Shown here: one piece after another, positions 38,322 through 51,080 of the stretch
Layout of the letters: each line of letters begins with the position of its first letter
How positions within the stretch are numbered: the first letter of the stretch is position 1
NCBI GenBank assembly: GCA_036785375.1
Contig: JAWMAR010000148.1
Location: 62,001 to 126,000, forward strand
DNA from: Leucoraja ocellata
Taxonomy: Eukaryota
Length of the DNA stretch: 64,000 nucleotides
Reading direction: 5' to 3'
The notes under the pieces: generated by a model
Seen by the model: the letters and a program-made list of their open reading frames with translations, nothing else
Databases searched by the model: none
Told to the model about the DNA's origin: nothing
Translations under genes and position numbers: made by a program

Positions 38322-38400
38322 CAAGACCCGAAATGTCACCTATCCTTTTTCTCCAGAGATGCTGCTTGACCCTCTGACTTTAGCATTTTATGTCTATCAT
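38322..38400 (+). mobile_element. Penelope-like terminal-repeat fragment
   Basis: agacccgaaatgtcacctatcctttttctccagagatgctgcttgacc...gcattttatgtcta. Confidence 0.65.
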
Positions 38401-39574
38401 TTGCAAGATTATTGGTGGTCACCACCCCCCCCACTCCCATCCTTGAAATTTCACACAGCCATTTTTACTGATGCACCAAATATTTAATTGTGCACATCCA
38501 GTTGTCCTTTCAGAGAGCTTTGCTGAAGGACTTGTCCATGACCTCACACTGCTTCACCTGGTTCTGCTGTATCCTTTACCCTAGCTCGGCCTGATAGCCA
38601 CCGATAAATCGCCAAGTGCAGATCCTGCCTTTATATTAACCGATAAAATATCTAAAATGTCTGTATTTAACTTGGTAAGTTTCAGAGTGAGTGGAACATA
38701 CTATGTTTATCACATGGCATCTATCACCTGACCAAGTGGGAACGTTTCGCTACCTGAAAAGAAAAATACACAAAGGGTAGGGTAATGGGGAGAGAAAATA
38801 CAAATTTAGCCTTGCATCATCTGCGGCTGGTAAAGCAGAAGAGGTTATTGGGAGAGGAGCAGAGGAGGAAGTGGGACGTGACAAGGAAGATAATTCCAAA
38901 TGGTCTGGGTTCTGTCCCATCACTGGCACTGGAGCCTGTCACGGCCATTGCTATAACAGTCAACATTTTCACTTCTGACTTGAGCTGGGTAGGTGGATTT
39001 GGTGACTGAGCTAGCTGAAGCTGTTCTTGTTCCTGGCCGGTTTATTGATGATAAGATTAATTATTTGCCACCTTCTGAAAGGGTGAGAGTGTTGTGTTTG
39101 GATGTTATCTCTGCCGTGATTGATATAGCTGACAGTGTAGGTAGTGAGATGTCAAGAGTACCAGTGAGTGTATGGCAGGCATTTTACTCTTGGCTTCTAG
39201 CTCTGATACATAGGTGGCTGATAGGATTTGATAACGTACTGCCTGACCTTGGCACGTGAAAGATCAGGAAACAATTTGCAGCATCATAGCCTGGTCCTTG
39301 AAGTTTGCCTCCTTCCACTTCCACTATGAACCTTACTATATGTAAGATTTCCAGCCTGTGCAGTGAAGGGTCTTTCTCTTCTCCACGGTCTTACACTTGA
39401 CGATGTAGAAGGATGTTCTGGAAAGCTTTGCAGCTCATATTTTCTATAATCTTTCCCATTGATCCTCCAAGACAGAAGGAAGGATTTCTGTATTCAATGA
39501 TACACTTCCTGTAAGACGTGCGGAGATGGTTTTAAGTAATGCTACCTAACTAGATCTGCCACTCGCTTCTCGCT

Positions 39575-39876
39575 ATTGGGAGAGTCCAGGACCAGAGACG
39601 ATAGCCTCAGAATAAAACTACATTTTTAGGAAGGAGATGAGGAGAAATTTCATTAGTCGGAGGATGGTGAATCGGTGGAATTCATTAGGCTGTGCAGGCC
39701 GTCAATGGATATTTTTAAGGCGGAGATTGATTGATTATTGAGTAGTAAAGGTGTTATGGGGAGAAGGCAGGAAAATGGGCTTCAGATGGCAAAATAGATC
39801 AGCCATGAATGAATGGCAGAGTAGACTTGATGGGCTGAATGGTTTAATTCTGTTCCTATCACTTATGAGCTTATGA
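39575..39876 (+). mobile_element. CR1 LINE 3' fragment
   Basis: gagagtccaggaccagagacgatagcctcagaataa...gatgggctgaatggtttaattctgttcctatc and (ttatgag)n tail. Confidence 0.8.
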
Positions 39877-40015
39877 GTAACAGGCCAGAAGTTGTGTGTT
39901 AAGGATCAGAAAACAACTTGATACATGTTAATGAGTTACCATCACAAATTGTGTGTGCATAATACATTGGGGCAAACAAGTACTTGCTTCCAGTTACTAT
40001 TTTCTAGCAAATGAA

Positions 40016-40345
40016 TGGCCCTGTCCCACGGTACGAGTTCATCCCAAGAGCTCTCCCGAGTTTGCCCTGATTCGAACTCGGAGATTTACGGCAATGGCCG
40101 CTCGTCGGTACTCGGGGCTCTCGTGGACATTTTTCAACATGTTGAAAAATCTTCACAAGTCTTCCCGAGCTTACCTGCCGTTAGCGAGTCTTCCCGAGAA
40201 CCTGCCGTTAGCGTTACGAGCCGTTAAGAGACGTTCCCGAGCTCCGACGTACCTGCTACGTTCATTCTCCGTGCTTACCACGAGTTTGAATTTTTTTTAA
40301 CTCGGGAGAGCTCTTGGAATGAACTCGTACCATGGGACAGGGCCA
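40016..40345. mobile_element. PIF/Harbinger-type MITE (330 bp)
   Basis: ~46-bp TIR tggccctgtcccacggtacgagttcatcccaagagctctcccgagtt; flanks gaa / taa; terminus shared with 27064-27279; internal repeats cttcccgag..acctgccgttagcg. Confidence 0.85.
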
Positions 40346-40347
40346 TA

Positions 40348-40460
40348 AGCCAGCCTGGAAACAGCCATTGCCACTTGTCCATGTTTCCAGTTTTAACTTA
40401 GTTCCCCAAACTGCATTGCCATTCGCAGGAAATGTTCTTTGCAGTGTATCATGTCCATCT
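40348..40460 (+). repeat. ~110-bp direct repeat, copy 1
   Basis: agccagcctggaaacagccattgccacttgtccatgtttccagttttaacttagttccccaaactgcattgccattc...; copy 2 at 42072-42185. Confidence 0.85.
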
Positions 40461-40651
40461 TAGCATTGCTTTATAAGAAACATATGATGTCTTCACATTA
40501 TTTGTTACTGCAGGGTGTGTACCAGTTATTTTGATATTTTGCAATTTTATTTGGCATTCGCAGTACAACCATAAAATTTTGCTGAAGGGTTCAGAAATAA
40601 TAGCAGTGGTATTTCTTGGTAATAACAGCATGACATATTCTTGTTTGGCAG

Positions 40652-40728
40652 GAATGACGATTCCAGAGGAGGACTCAGAAGGTGGACAAAGCAGTAAATT
40701 TTGCCTCGTTGCAATTGGACGCCTTCAG
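40652..40728 (+). CDS. ARNT2: ARNT2 internal coding exon, 77 nt
   Basis: tttggcag|GA ATG...CAG|gtactt; (G)[25 protein letters not shown]; GMTIPEED is ARNT2-type. Confidence 0.95.
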
Positions 40729-42071
40729 GTACTTGAATGTGAGAATTGAGGAAATCATATGGTTGGAACCTTTTATCAACGGGCTTTTTATCAATCCATC
40801 TTCAATCTGATCACTAATCTCTGTTGCTGAGAGGGAGGCCAATTTTGGGTAAAACTCTGTGCAGCCCTTCCCCCACCCCCTACTAAAACATCCAGATTTC
40901 AAAAGCAGTTGTGTTAAATGGGGTGGTTTTGGAATCTAGGTCCATCTTATTTCGACACGGCTCTCTACATCAGAAAATATTTTCCAAGAAGCCCTGTTTT
41001 GTCAAACTGAAACAATAAACTGAGATTTAATTTTTATAATTGTAACAATATATGAAAATCTATTTGTCTTTCATTATTTATCACATGATGGTGTTTTAGA
41101 AATATTAAAATGCAATTTCATCGTTACATGATTGTTTCAAGAGCTATTTAAATAAAAATAAGTTCATGAGTCAAAGGAACAGTATTAGGCCATTCAGCCC
41201 ACCGAGTGTACTTAACGATTCAATCAATGCTGCTCTATCTTTCCCACTCAACCCCAAGATCTCAATGTGGTTGATTGTAAATTAGAAACATCATAATGGC
41301 CAATTTTCTGATTAAAAATTGTTTTTTTTTAATTTTTTAGTAGGCAGTTGGTTAACATAATAAAATTCCATTACCCTTTAAGCTATGCATTTAAATCATG
41401 CCATAAATACGGGCTTCTCCTGTCAGTTGTAGCTGAGACTCGTGTACCTGTGTATACTATTCTGTTTGTTTGAAAAAACTATCCAATTTACCTAACTTCC
41501 CCCACTACATTTGGCTTCAATCCTTCAAGTTTCTCATTTTCAAGTGTGTATTCAGTACAGATTTTAATGTCACGGTTGAATGTTTCACATCATCATTTTA
41601 GCATTGCAAATTGCAACTCACTGTAGATGTCTCACCAGCTATATCATGAGGTCATCATTGATTCGAGTCTCATTTGGACCAGCCATGTAAATATTGTGGC
41701 TACAAGAATTGTCAGAGGCTGGGTAACATGTTCATATTTTCTTACAATGTAGAAGGAGGTTGTTCAGTCCACTGAGTTTCTGCTGTCTCCTGACAAGCCC
41801 ATGGCTTTTACACCATCCACAAGGCACGAATCAGGAGTGTGACGGAAGACTCTCCACTTCCCTGTTAGGACACAACACCAACTGTATAATTTGGATATTT
41901 TACTCTACTGGTACAGTTTAGAAGTAGCTTGTTAATTTTATTGATTTACTCTAAGAAAGCTTTTAGTTACTTTTTCATCATGCTTGTGTGCGAAAGTGAA
42001 TTCAGTATTTGCAAGCCATTAAAACCTGGCCTGGAGGACTGAAGATCACTGCAGTCTGATCAATGGATTTC

Positions 42072-42185
42072 AGCCAGGCTGGAAACAGCCATTGCCACTT
42101 GTCCATGATTCCAGTTTTAACTTAGTTCCCCAAACTGTATTGCCATTCACAGGATATATACTTTGCAGTGTATTATGTCACATTT
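42072..42185 (+). repeat. ~110-bp direct repeat, copy 2
   Basis: agccaggctggaaacagccattgccacttgtccatgattccagttttaacttagttccccaaactgtattgccattc... Confidence 0.85.
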
Positions 42186-43387
42186 ACTAGCTTGTCACCA
42201 TCCAGGGCAAAGCAGTCTGCACCTTAATCCAGCCATCCTCTGCATGCATGTTTATCCACACCAGAATACACAGACTGCAATGCTATCTACAAAAAGCACT
42301 CTCACTCCCTCCCTGATTTCACTCCAGCAACCTTGACATCACTGCACAGTTCAAATTCTCCTTATCTGCGCCTATTACCCCAACAAATATCATGCCTCTT
42401 CTCCATTTCCATCCTGGTGCTGTGCCTGGATTCTCAGCTCCCCACGTTGCTCTTCATCTTTATTTTACTGCTGGTATTTGAAGCAATTGATTCTGCAGAA
42501 TGGGAACAGGAATTTCCAACATTGTAAAAACTGCAGGACACAGTGCATAGCAATATGCGATAATTGAAACAGCAGGCGTTTGAGTGATAGAGGTATGGGA
42601 GTAGAGACTGGTTCATGTGGAGAGAGCCCAGAAGATGCTTGTTGCCCACATCTCGTGCACATAAGTAGCATATCTAAAATTATCCTTCACTTACTCTAAT
42701 CTCTTAAGGTTTGCTTTGGATGATTAGATTCTCGGTTATAGTGGGGTTTTTTGTTGTGCAAAGCAGTCTCCTGCTGTACAAAATCCAGCACTGCTAATGC
42801 TTTTCTTTTTAGAAAATATGTTGATACATATCTGTGCTTTCCACTGATAGTCTCATGTTTTTATGATGTTTTATATTTGGCATCCTTGCTCCCAATCTGT
42901 AACATTTTTCCTGTCATTCTGCTTGTTAGATGGTATTTTGATTTGATAGTTTACATTCTTCTATTTTAATTGGGGGGGAAAAGTCCAGTGTACTTTTGAT
43001 GTTTCTCCTAAGCCTTAAAGCGTGCGCAATTTATTTTCAAGTAGAAAATGTAGCCACAGAATGTGTTTTTAATATCAATTTTAAATACCTATTGATCCCA
43101 AAACAGCTGCCAGTTGAATTTTTTTGCACGTTATCGTGAGTCTATTATTGTACACGCATTGAAAAGGGATCCAACAAAACCTACATCAGATATTCATTAA
43201 CTTTGAATGTCCCCTAACACATGGTCATCCCCTTCTGGTATGTGAAGTTATGTTGTAAATATTTGTGGACAAAAATTATTTAGTTTCGTAAGAGGTTTTG
43301 TTGAACTTTACAATTAGGTTATTATCATTTATTTGTTCCCTTTCAAATAGTTCTAACACTGCACATTATTTTTAATTTAATACTTTT

Positions 43388-44040
43388 GAATCATAGAACT
43401 ATACAGCAGTGAAACAAACCATTCGGTCCAACTTGCCCATTTCGACCAGGATGTTCTATCTGCAGCAGTCTCACCTGCCTGTGTTTGTCCAACATCCCCC
43501 TAAAGCTTTCCTATCCATGTATCTCTCCAAATGTCTTTTCAGTGTTGTTATAGGAACTGCCTCAACTACCTCCTCTGCAGCTCATTCTGTATATCCACCC
43601 TAAAATTATCCTCTGTGTGAAAAAGTTGCCCTTCGGGTTCCTATTAAATCTTTCCCCTCCCACCTTATACCTATGTCCACTGGTTGTTGATACCCCTACT
43701 ATGGGTAAAATACACTGTGCATTCATCCTATCCTCACGCTCTTATACACCTCTATAAGATTGCATACACCTCATTCTCTCTCTAGTTACCCTCTTTCCCT
43801 TACTGTACATAAAATCTCTTTGGATTTTCCTTAATATTATCTGCTCTTGCTCCCTTTTTTTGCCCTCTTGATTTCATTCTTGAGTATGTTCCTGTTCCCG
43901 AACCTCCTCCAGGGATACACTTGATCTCAGCTGCCTATACCTGTCCCATGTCTCTTCCCTTTTCCTGACCAGCGCCTCAATTTCTCTCTTCATCCATGCT
44001 TCCTTATTCCCACCTGCCTTACCCTTCACAACTGCCTTGG
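43388..44040 (-). mobile_element. CR1 LINE fragments (3' end joined to an internal ORF2 piece)
   Basis: gaatcatagaactatacagc tail; minus ORF KGKAGGNKEAWMKREIEALVRKREETWDRYRQLRSS. Confidence 0.75.
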
Positions 44041-44864
44041 ACTTCACTTTAATGTTTTTGCGAATTATTTCCGAAAAATGGTCTCTCTGAGACACAACCT
44101 GAGGCAGTCTTAGACAATTATTGATTTGAAATTATACATCTTCCCAGCTATCTTGGTGAATAATCCTGTACGTGCACTTGGCAAGGCTAGTAAATATTAC
44201 CCATCCCTAATTGACTGTGTGAAGCTGATTATCTGTTATCATGAACAAAACTGTTATGAATGAATAGCACCTGTCCTACTCCAATATTTAGAGCCAGTAT
44301 CAATGAAGTTTCCAGTTGACATTTGTGTGCCTCTTAGAAGGGAACCTGTTGGCGGTGATTATCTCAGGCACCTTCTGATAACGTTTGTAAGCTTTGATAA
44401 TTTATCCAAGTTCCTGATTTTCATCTTTCAGTTCAGGCAACAAATACTAATAACCAAGCACAATCCTCTCATTCACATTCACAGGAAGACAATGTTTTAA
44501 TGGTATCACTGCAAAACAGAAAACCTGGTTAATATTTATCTCTTCCATAGCCCAACCTAACTGAAGTGAAGTACGGAACAGAGTATCATCTGTATCTAGT
44601 TGTTTCATTGTTGGGCAATCTTACAGCCTAGAAGATGTCGGGTCCTTTCAAGTCTATTAAATCTATGATGATTATCAAAAAAATACCCCCCCCCCCACAC
44701 ACACACATTTCCTTGTAATGCTTCTACTCTCACAGGCCCATCAGCCACATCCTGATCCTCCTTCCACTCATCTATACCGTGGTGTAAACGGCAGCGCCCA
44801 GGGAAAGCCTACAGATTCATTGGGAAAATGTGAAAACACCACAGAGACAGTCGCTACTGAGGCA

Positions 44865-44946
44865 GACACAACATGCTGGAGTAACTCAGCCGGACAGGCA
44901 GCATCTCTGGCGAGAAGGAATGGGTGACGTTTCGGGTCGAGACCAG
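44865..44946 (-). mobile_element. Penelope-like terminal-repeat fragment with duplicated flank
   Basis: gacacaacatgctggagtaactcagccggacaggcagcatctctggcgagaaggaatgggtgacgtttcgggtcgagacc; ctactgaggca precedes it and (ct)actgaggca occurs twice after. Confidence 0.75.
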
Positions 44947-45224
44947 ACTGAGGCATTTCCTACTGAGGCATTTGGGCTGAAAACTGGAGCAAGGTGGAAG
45001 AAGACATTGGACCCCAGCACTGATGGATAGTAAAGGATGGGATAGGATGAGGTAGTGGTCATGGGAGCCCAACAACAATAGGTGTTCAGATGGGATAGGG
45101 TAGGAGGATATAGGGACCCAGCAGTGATTAGTGGGAAAGGATGGGATGCGGGCTCTCATGGATGGAAGGTGGTGACATTGGCTTTGGGACCCTGTCCCTT
45201 TGGGGCCCAGCAGTAATGGATAGT

Positions 45225-45375
45225 TGAAATACAGAAGTCTGCTGCTGCTGGAAATCTGAAATAATAAAAGAAAATGCTAGAGATACTCAGTAGGGCAGGC
45301 AGTGTCTGTTGGAGGGGCAAATGTTAGCTCTTTTTCCTTCCAGAGGTGGCCTGCTGAATATTTCCAACATTTTAA
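45225..45375. mobile_element. Old fold-back Penelope-like terminal element
   Basis: gctgctggaaatctgaaataataaaagaaaatgctagagatactcagtagggcaggcag... / ...cctgctgaatatttccaacatttt; relatives at ~27320-27480, 54860-54955, 56670-56850, 61690-61830, 63270-63395. Confidence 0.55.
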
Positions 45376-45436
45376 GGAACTGAACTTCAGGAGGTAACGG
45401 GTTCCATGTAGTGGCATGGATAAAAGGTGGTGATGA

Positions 45437-45750
45437 GGCACAGTGTAGCAGTTGATGGAGCATTTACCTTACGGCACCAGAGACCTGGATTCAATCCTGA
45501 CCTTGGGTACTGTCTCTGTGGAGTTTGCACATTCTCCCTGTGACTGCATGGGCCTCCTCCCACATCCCAAAGGTGATCAGGTTGGTGGGTTAATTGCCGC
45601 TATAAAATGAGTGATCTAGTGGTAGCAACTGAACCCAGCTAATAGTATGCAGAGAATTAAAAATTGAATTAATGTAGGATTACTCTAAATGCATTGTCGA
45701 TGGTTGGTAAGACACAGAGGGTCTGTTTCTGTGTTGTATCTCTCTATGAC
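45437..45750 (+). mobile_element. Near full-length HE1/V-SINE-like SINE
   Basis: tRNA-like head ggcacagtgtagcag...gagacctggattcaatcctgacc (B box), V-domain, tail ctgtttctgtgttgtatctctctatgac. Confidence 0.8.
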
Positions 45751-45959
45751 TTTTCTTAGTTCTATGTCACTAAAAAACAATGTGCAGTTACATTTCTAGA
45801 CAATGATACTGACATTAGGGGAAAAAATGATGTTGCAAAAGAAAATTGTTGCTATGCTGCTGCTTTTCTGGAAATGTTTCTAAATTTATAACGCATTACG
45901 TAGAAGCTTAAATAGAAACCGTAAATAGGAGCATGAAGATGTCCCATAATTTTGCAGAC

Positions 45960-46660
45960 TAATCTTTAGCATGTGCCTTACCACAAGATTTCCAAAAATC
46001 CAAAATGCCGATTCTCTGGTTCTTTCTCATCTATTCTGCTAATTTCTTCCTCACAAAATTCGAATAGATATATGAAGTATGATTTTCCTTTCACAAATAC
46101 ATGTTGACCTTGTCCAATCCTGTCATTCTTCATCATGTTCTGGTATATCTTTTATAATGGACTCCACTATTATCATCACTTGTCAGGCTAACCACATTAT
46201 TTATCTCTAACCCCTTTTTTAATATATTATGGCTGCATTAGCTACCCTCCAATCCACTGGAACTGCTTCACAGACTAAAGAATCCATCTCTAATACCATC
46301 AATTTTCCTAACGCCATTTCCCTACTAATGCTGATTTCAATTAGTTTTTCCCAGTCACTAGACCCTTTGTTCTCCAACAATCTTGGGAGGTTAATTGTAT
46401 CTTACTTTGTGAAGGCAGAATCAAAATGTGTAATTAATTAGTCTGCTGTTTCTTTGTACCCCATTAAAAATCCCATATTTCTATCCATATGAGAGCTACA
46501 TTTGTCTTCACTAATGTTTTTTTTCTCTTCACATTATCTGTAGAAGCAATTATAGCTACTTTTTATGTTCTCTACAAGCTTACTCATATTCTAGTTTGCC
46601 TCTAATCCATTGGTCCACTTTTGCTGAATTCCAAATTGCTTCCAATCCTCAGGTTTGCTA
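45960..46660 (-). mobile_element. Old CR1 LINE internal fragment
   Basis: Antisense catgattttcctttcacaaatacatgttgac (SQHGF.KGKSC-like) and related ORF2 motifs. Confidence 0.6.
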
Positions 46661-47971
46661 GGTTTTCCTCTACTTCAGTTTCCCTGCTCAGGTTATTCCT
46701 ATAACATCGTCATTCTGGTTCAAATACTTCCCAATAACACCAGGAAACACCCTTGTGAGAATATTGATAGACTGAAAAAGGGTGCATTTAACTTAACTGA
46801 ACCATTATTCAGTTCAGATCTGCAAGAGAAAACCAAGGCTAATGGAACTATGAAATCATTGTTTTTGCTATATTTTTGGATGTGAAAATTGGCTTCTTAC
46901 TATTGGGCAAAATTGTTTACTCCACCCAACATGTATAAAAAAGACATTGACCTCATGTATTGCAACAGTTTGAAAAAACAAGTAACCATCAATCTTCCTA
47001 ATGTGAATAAGAGATGGCCAATAAATGTTGAGTTTGCCAATCTATCCCATATCCCATAAGTGAACTCTAATATTCTATGAATAGCATTGTTCAGAATAAA
47101 ATTCCACACAGTTGTGTGAATTATAATGAAGAGTAATTAGGTTGAGGGCACTCTATTTTCAGCAGTCTGTGGTTATGGCCATTTTGGGTAAATGGTGCAC
47201 TGTAATTTGTGGAATACCAGATCACAAAGCGGCTTTAGTACTGAGACTTGCATTGCAGAGCTTGCCGTGCCTTTTGCCAAGATGCTGCAGTTTAGCTACA
47301 ACATTGGCATCTACCCAACATTGGAAGATTTCCAAAGTATGCTCATTCACAAATATTAGGATCAATCCTACAAGGCTAAGTAATGTTCAATCAGTCAACT
47401 TTCAATTGTAAGCAGAATAATGTAAAATATAACTAAGAAATGGTACTTGGACATGCAGAACAAACTTATCAATGCCCAGTTCTGGTTTTGTTGTAATGCA
47501 TAGTTCCAAACTTCTTGGTCAAAATATAAACCAAAGAGTGGAATTTCAGTGTGAGATGAGATGACATCAACATCATATTTGACCAACTGTGGCATCAAGG
47601 TGCTTTGATAAAGCTGAAGTCAATGGGTATTAAGGGTTCGAGTCATACCTTGCTCAAAGGAAGATGTTTGTGGCTTTTCCAGCCATTCAATGCAGCTTGA
47701 GGATATGGCTGCAGGAGTTACTGGGGATAGTACCCTAGACCCACCACCAGTTTGTTTCACTCATGACCTTCCAGTATAAGGTCAGAAGTTGGGATGTTCA
47801 GTTATGATTTGCACAATGTTTAATTGCTTTCGCAACTACCCCTTAAATTATGTTACATGCCTGCGTGTAACAAAACTTGGACCATGTTTGGACATGGGAT
47901 GATAAGCGGCAAATAACATTTGCAACTCAAAACTACCATTGAGTATCTCCTGCAAGAGATCATCTAGCAAC

Positions 47972-48270
47972 CCAAGAGTCAAGAGAGTTTTATTGTCATG
48001 TGTCCCAGATAGGACAATAAAATTCTTGCTTGCTGCAGCACAACAGAATATGTAAACATAATACAGAACAGGAGATAAAAGTTCAGTGTGCCTATATACC
48101 ATAGACCATATATATACACAATAAATAAACAGATAAAGTGCAATAGGCTGTTATTGTTCAGAGTTTGTTTGATGGTGAGTTTAATAGCCTGATGGCTGTG
48201 GGGAAGAAGCTGTTCCAGAACCTGGATGTTCCTGATTTCAAGCTCCTATACCTTCTTCCCGATGGCAACT
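47972..48270 (-). mobile_element. Rex1/Babar-like LINE 3' end
   Basis: (caagagt)n tail, ttttattgtcatgtgtcc, and gatggctgtggggaagaagctgttccagaacctgg...ccttcttcccgatggc (antisense LPSGRRY...RF.NSFFP). Confidence 0.8.
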
Positions 48271-48315
48271 GAGAGACACCCTTGCAGTACTGTTGCCTAT
48301 CAACATCTACATCCA

Positions 48316-48634
48316 AAAAATTACTGTTTCAGGACTGGACGAGGGTTGGTCAAGATTATAAATAATGATCTCCTTTTCTTTTTTATTTTATTTTCTTTTC
48401 ACTATTTTCTCTCTCAACTTTCTTCATTTACTCGTTCTCTTTCTTCACACACTATATATTTCACATCTTTCTATCCTTTACTATCTAACTTCTTTTTCTT
48501 ATTCTCATCTTTTTTCAATGTAACAAAAAAAAAAAAAAGAAGTTGTACATAAAATGTATTATGAAAATATATATTAGGCACTTTGGTGCCATATATCTAA
48601 TAAAATAAAATATTTAAAAAAAAACAACAAAAAA
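48316..48634 (+). mobile_element. Poly(A)-tailed retro-insertion (L1/Tx1-type 3' end)
   Basis: 14-bp TSD aacatctacatcca (48302-48315, 48635-48648); aataaa followed by A-rich tail. Confidence 0.75.
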
Positions 48635-50110
48635 AACATCTACATCCATACCATCAACATCCGGAGGGGTCATCATGAGTGGATACTCTACTGAACCAGC
48701 CACAAAGTTTGTGGCTGCAAGAGAAGATCAGAGGCTGGGTATCTAACCTTCATCCCAAAATAAAGACGTGTGAGGAGTCTGATGAAACACTCTCCACTTG
48801 CCTGGTTGAGTGCAGCTCCAAAAAAACTAATTTTCTTGACAACATCCAGGTCAGAACAAGTGTTGTATTGGCACCTGATCAGCCACTCTATATATTAATT
48901 CCCCTTTCCACTGGCACACTGTTGCTTGGTGTATTCTCTACAAAATGCACTCTTGCAGCTCATCTAGGATACTCCAATGGCACTGCCCAAATCTGTGACC
49001 TCTTCCACTAATAAGGACATGGGCAGCAGACTTCCCACCTATTTTAATATCATTGACTTGGATATCTTACACTCTACCCCCTTCTCCAGCTCATTGCGAT
49101 AAATCCTAAATAATTGAGGTCCAAGTACTGATTGATGCCTGGGGTATTCTACCAGTTGCAGCCACATCCAGCCTGCAAAGCCAGCAGGTGGATTATTATC
49201 AAAGTGGAGAGAGACGGAAAGTGAATGAAGTACAGAGGGATTGACATCCATAGATGGCTGTTTTCAAGCATGATAGATGTTAATAGAACAGATTGTGAGG
49301 TAACCTGCAAATAATAAGATTCTCACAGACATTGGAATTGTTTGCATGTGTCATAAGAAAGTATTCAAAACAACGAACACTTGGACTCAGCATATGTTCA
49401 AATGGCAAAATCATGTATTCTGTAATGTTTTCAATAGTATAGATACATCAGCCTATTAAAGTGTCATAGGAATAGATTATCTTGATTTTATTTTCACATA
49501 AATATCTTTTTTACTGCTTCTACTGATCTTGACGGCTTTACTTCTATTTACCTCGTTTCTGCAAATCCGATTGTATTAAGGCTGCAGCAACAGGACAGGA
49601 AGACAGTTAGGAAGCTGATGAGCTACGATCTTATCAAGCGAGGTGATTTGAATGGCTATATTTCTATTTCCTATATTTCTATCTTAGCAGCCGGGTGCCG
49701 ATAATTGTGAGGCAATGAAAATATGCCCACTTAGAGTGCAATTTGTACAAAAGAACAACCCACTGTTTTCTGAATCACTTTCCCTCCACACAGTAGTGTA
49801 AGGAAGGGGAAAAGTTTAGGCAAGTACTTCACAAAGCTAAGCTTGGATTTCTGCCTTTTTTGAAGTATTAATTTAGCTATCATATAAAGATACTGTAAAA
49901 ATCAATCTTTTTTATGAAGATCTCACCTGATGACAGCTCAATTCTCATTAGGGTTATTGCGGTCTAACAAGGCAAGGCCTCGCCTTTTCTATTGAAAATG
50001 AGACAGTCTGCCCAACTGAATTTTTGCTTAAAACGTGAGAGGTAAATGAACACACTTTGAATGCAGGATTGCAACTCCATTTCTTTTAATTCTGATACAA
50101 TCTTTCTCAG

Positions 50111-50245
50111 GTTACCAGTTCACCGGTGTGCATGGATATGAATGGCCACGCCATCCCCACAGAGTTCTTGTCCAGACATAATTCCGATGGACTCTTCACG
50201 TTTGTGGATCACAGATGCATCACTGTCATTGGCTATCAACCGCAG
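50111..50245 (+). CDS. ARNT2: ARNT2 internal coding exon (PAS-B start), 135 nt
   Basis: tttctcag|GTT...CAG|gttagt; [45 protein letters not shown]; [12 protein letters not shown] and [11 protein letters not shown] are ARNT2-type. Confidence 0.96.
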
Positions 50246-50659
50246 GTTAGTTCCTCTGCTCATGTCTTTTACAAATATCTCTTTGTTGATTAATGCTCTT
50301 TTCCATAGCTTTAAAGTCTGAAATTTATCCTGATCTCCACAACTCTTTACAGTACTGAAGTACAGTATTAGCACTGCAGCAAGATATTTGAGGGCAAATA
50401 TTTATTTATATAGGATGGAGGCAGCATTAGAGAAGAATGGTCTGAATGCAGAGCCAGTTACATGGTTTTTATGGCTTTGCTGATGGTTGTAAATCATGAA
50501 AGTGCTGTGGGCTGTGGTAATCTTGTCTGTCAACCAAATACGTTCAGACCAAGCAAATGTCAATGTGTCAGTTTAAAGGAAGCACTGACAGGCTTATCCT
50601 ACTCCTAACAGCTAATTCCCATCCATCTACACATGGCAAGGGATTGTCTTTTGCTTAAG

Positions 50660-50732
50660 AAATGTCTTCACCCCTGTGGCACAGCTTGTAGATTCAGTTT
50701 TGACCATAAATACTGTTTGTGTTGAATTTGCA

Positions 50733-50770
<38 letters not shown>

Positions 50771-51080
50771 TGACTGCAGGTGTTTCCTTTGGATGTCCTG
50801 GTTTCCTTCCACATCCCAAAGACATGTGAAATACCCACAGCTGAGATGTGTGGTATAATCTGGGGATAGTTGATGGGAATGTGGAGAGAGTAAATTGGCA
50901 CAAGTGTAGGATTAGTGCACAGTAGAACACAAAGTGCTTGAGTAACTCAGCAGGTTAGGCAGCATCTTTGTAGAACACGGATCGGTAACGCTTCGAGTCG
51001 AGACCCTTCTTCAGAGTGGTGCAGATGGGTGCTTTATAACCACTTAGGCTGAAGGGCCTGTTTGTGCTGTGTGATTCTAT
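50660..51080 (+). mobile_element. HE1/V-SINE-like SINE containing a poly-C run (50737-50770) and a PLE-repeat insertion (~50925-51015, minus)
   Basis: SINE head/V-domain, then aacacaaagtgcttgagtaactcagcagg...cttcgagtcgagacccttcttcaga, then ggctgaagggcctgttt tail. Confidence 0.7.

Noticed and set aside
40140-40262. CRISPR-like repeats
   Set aside because: Short irregular internal repeats of a MITE in a eukaryotic intron; no constant repeat-spacer period.
45437-45510. tRNA gene
   Set aside because: Only a decayed tRNA-derived SINE head, continuous with SINE body; same for 55140-55230.
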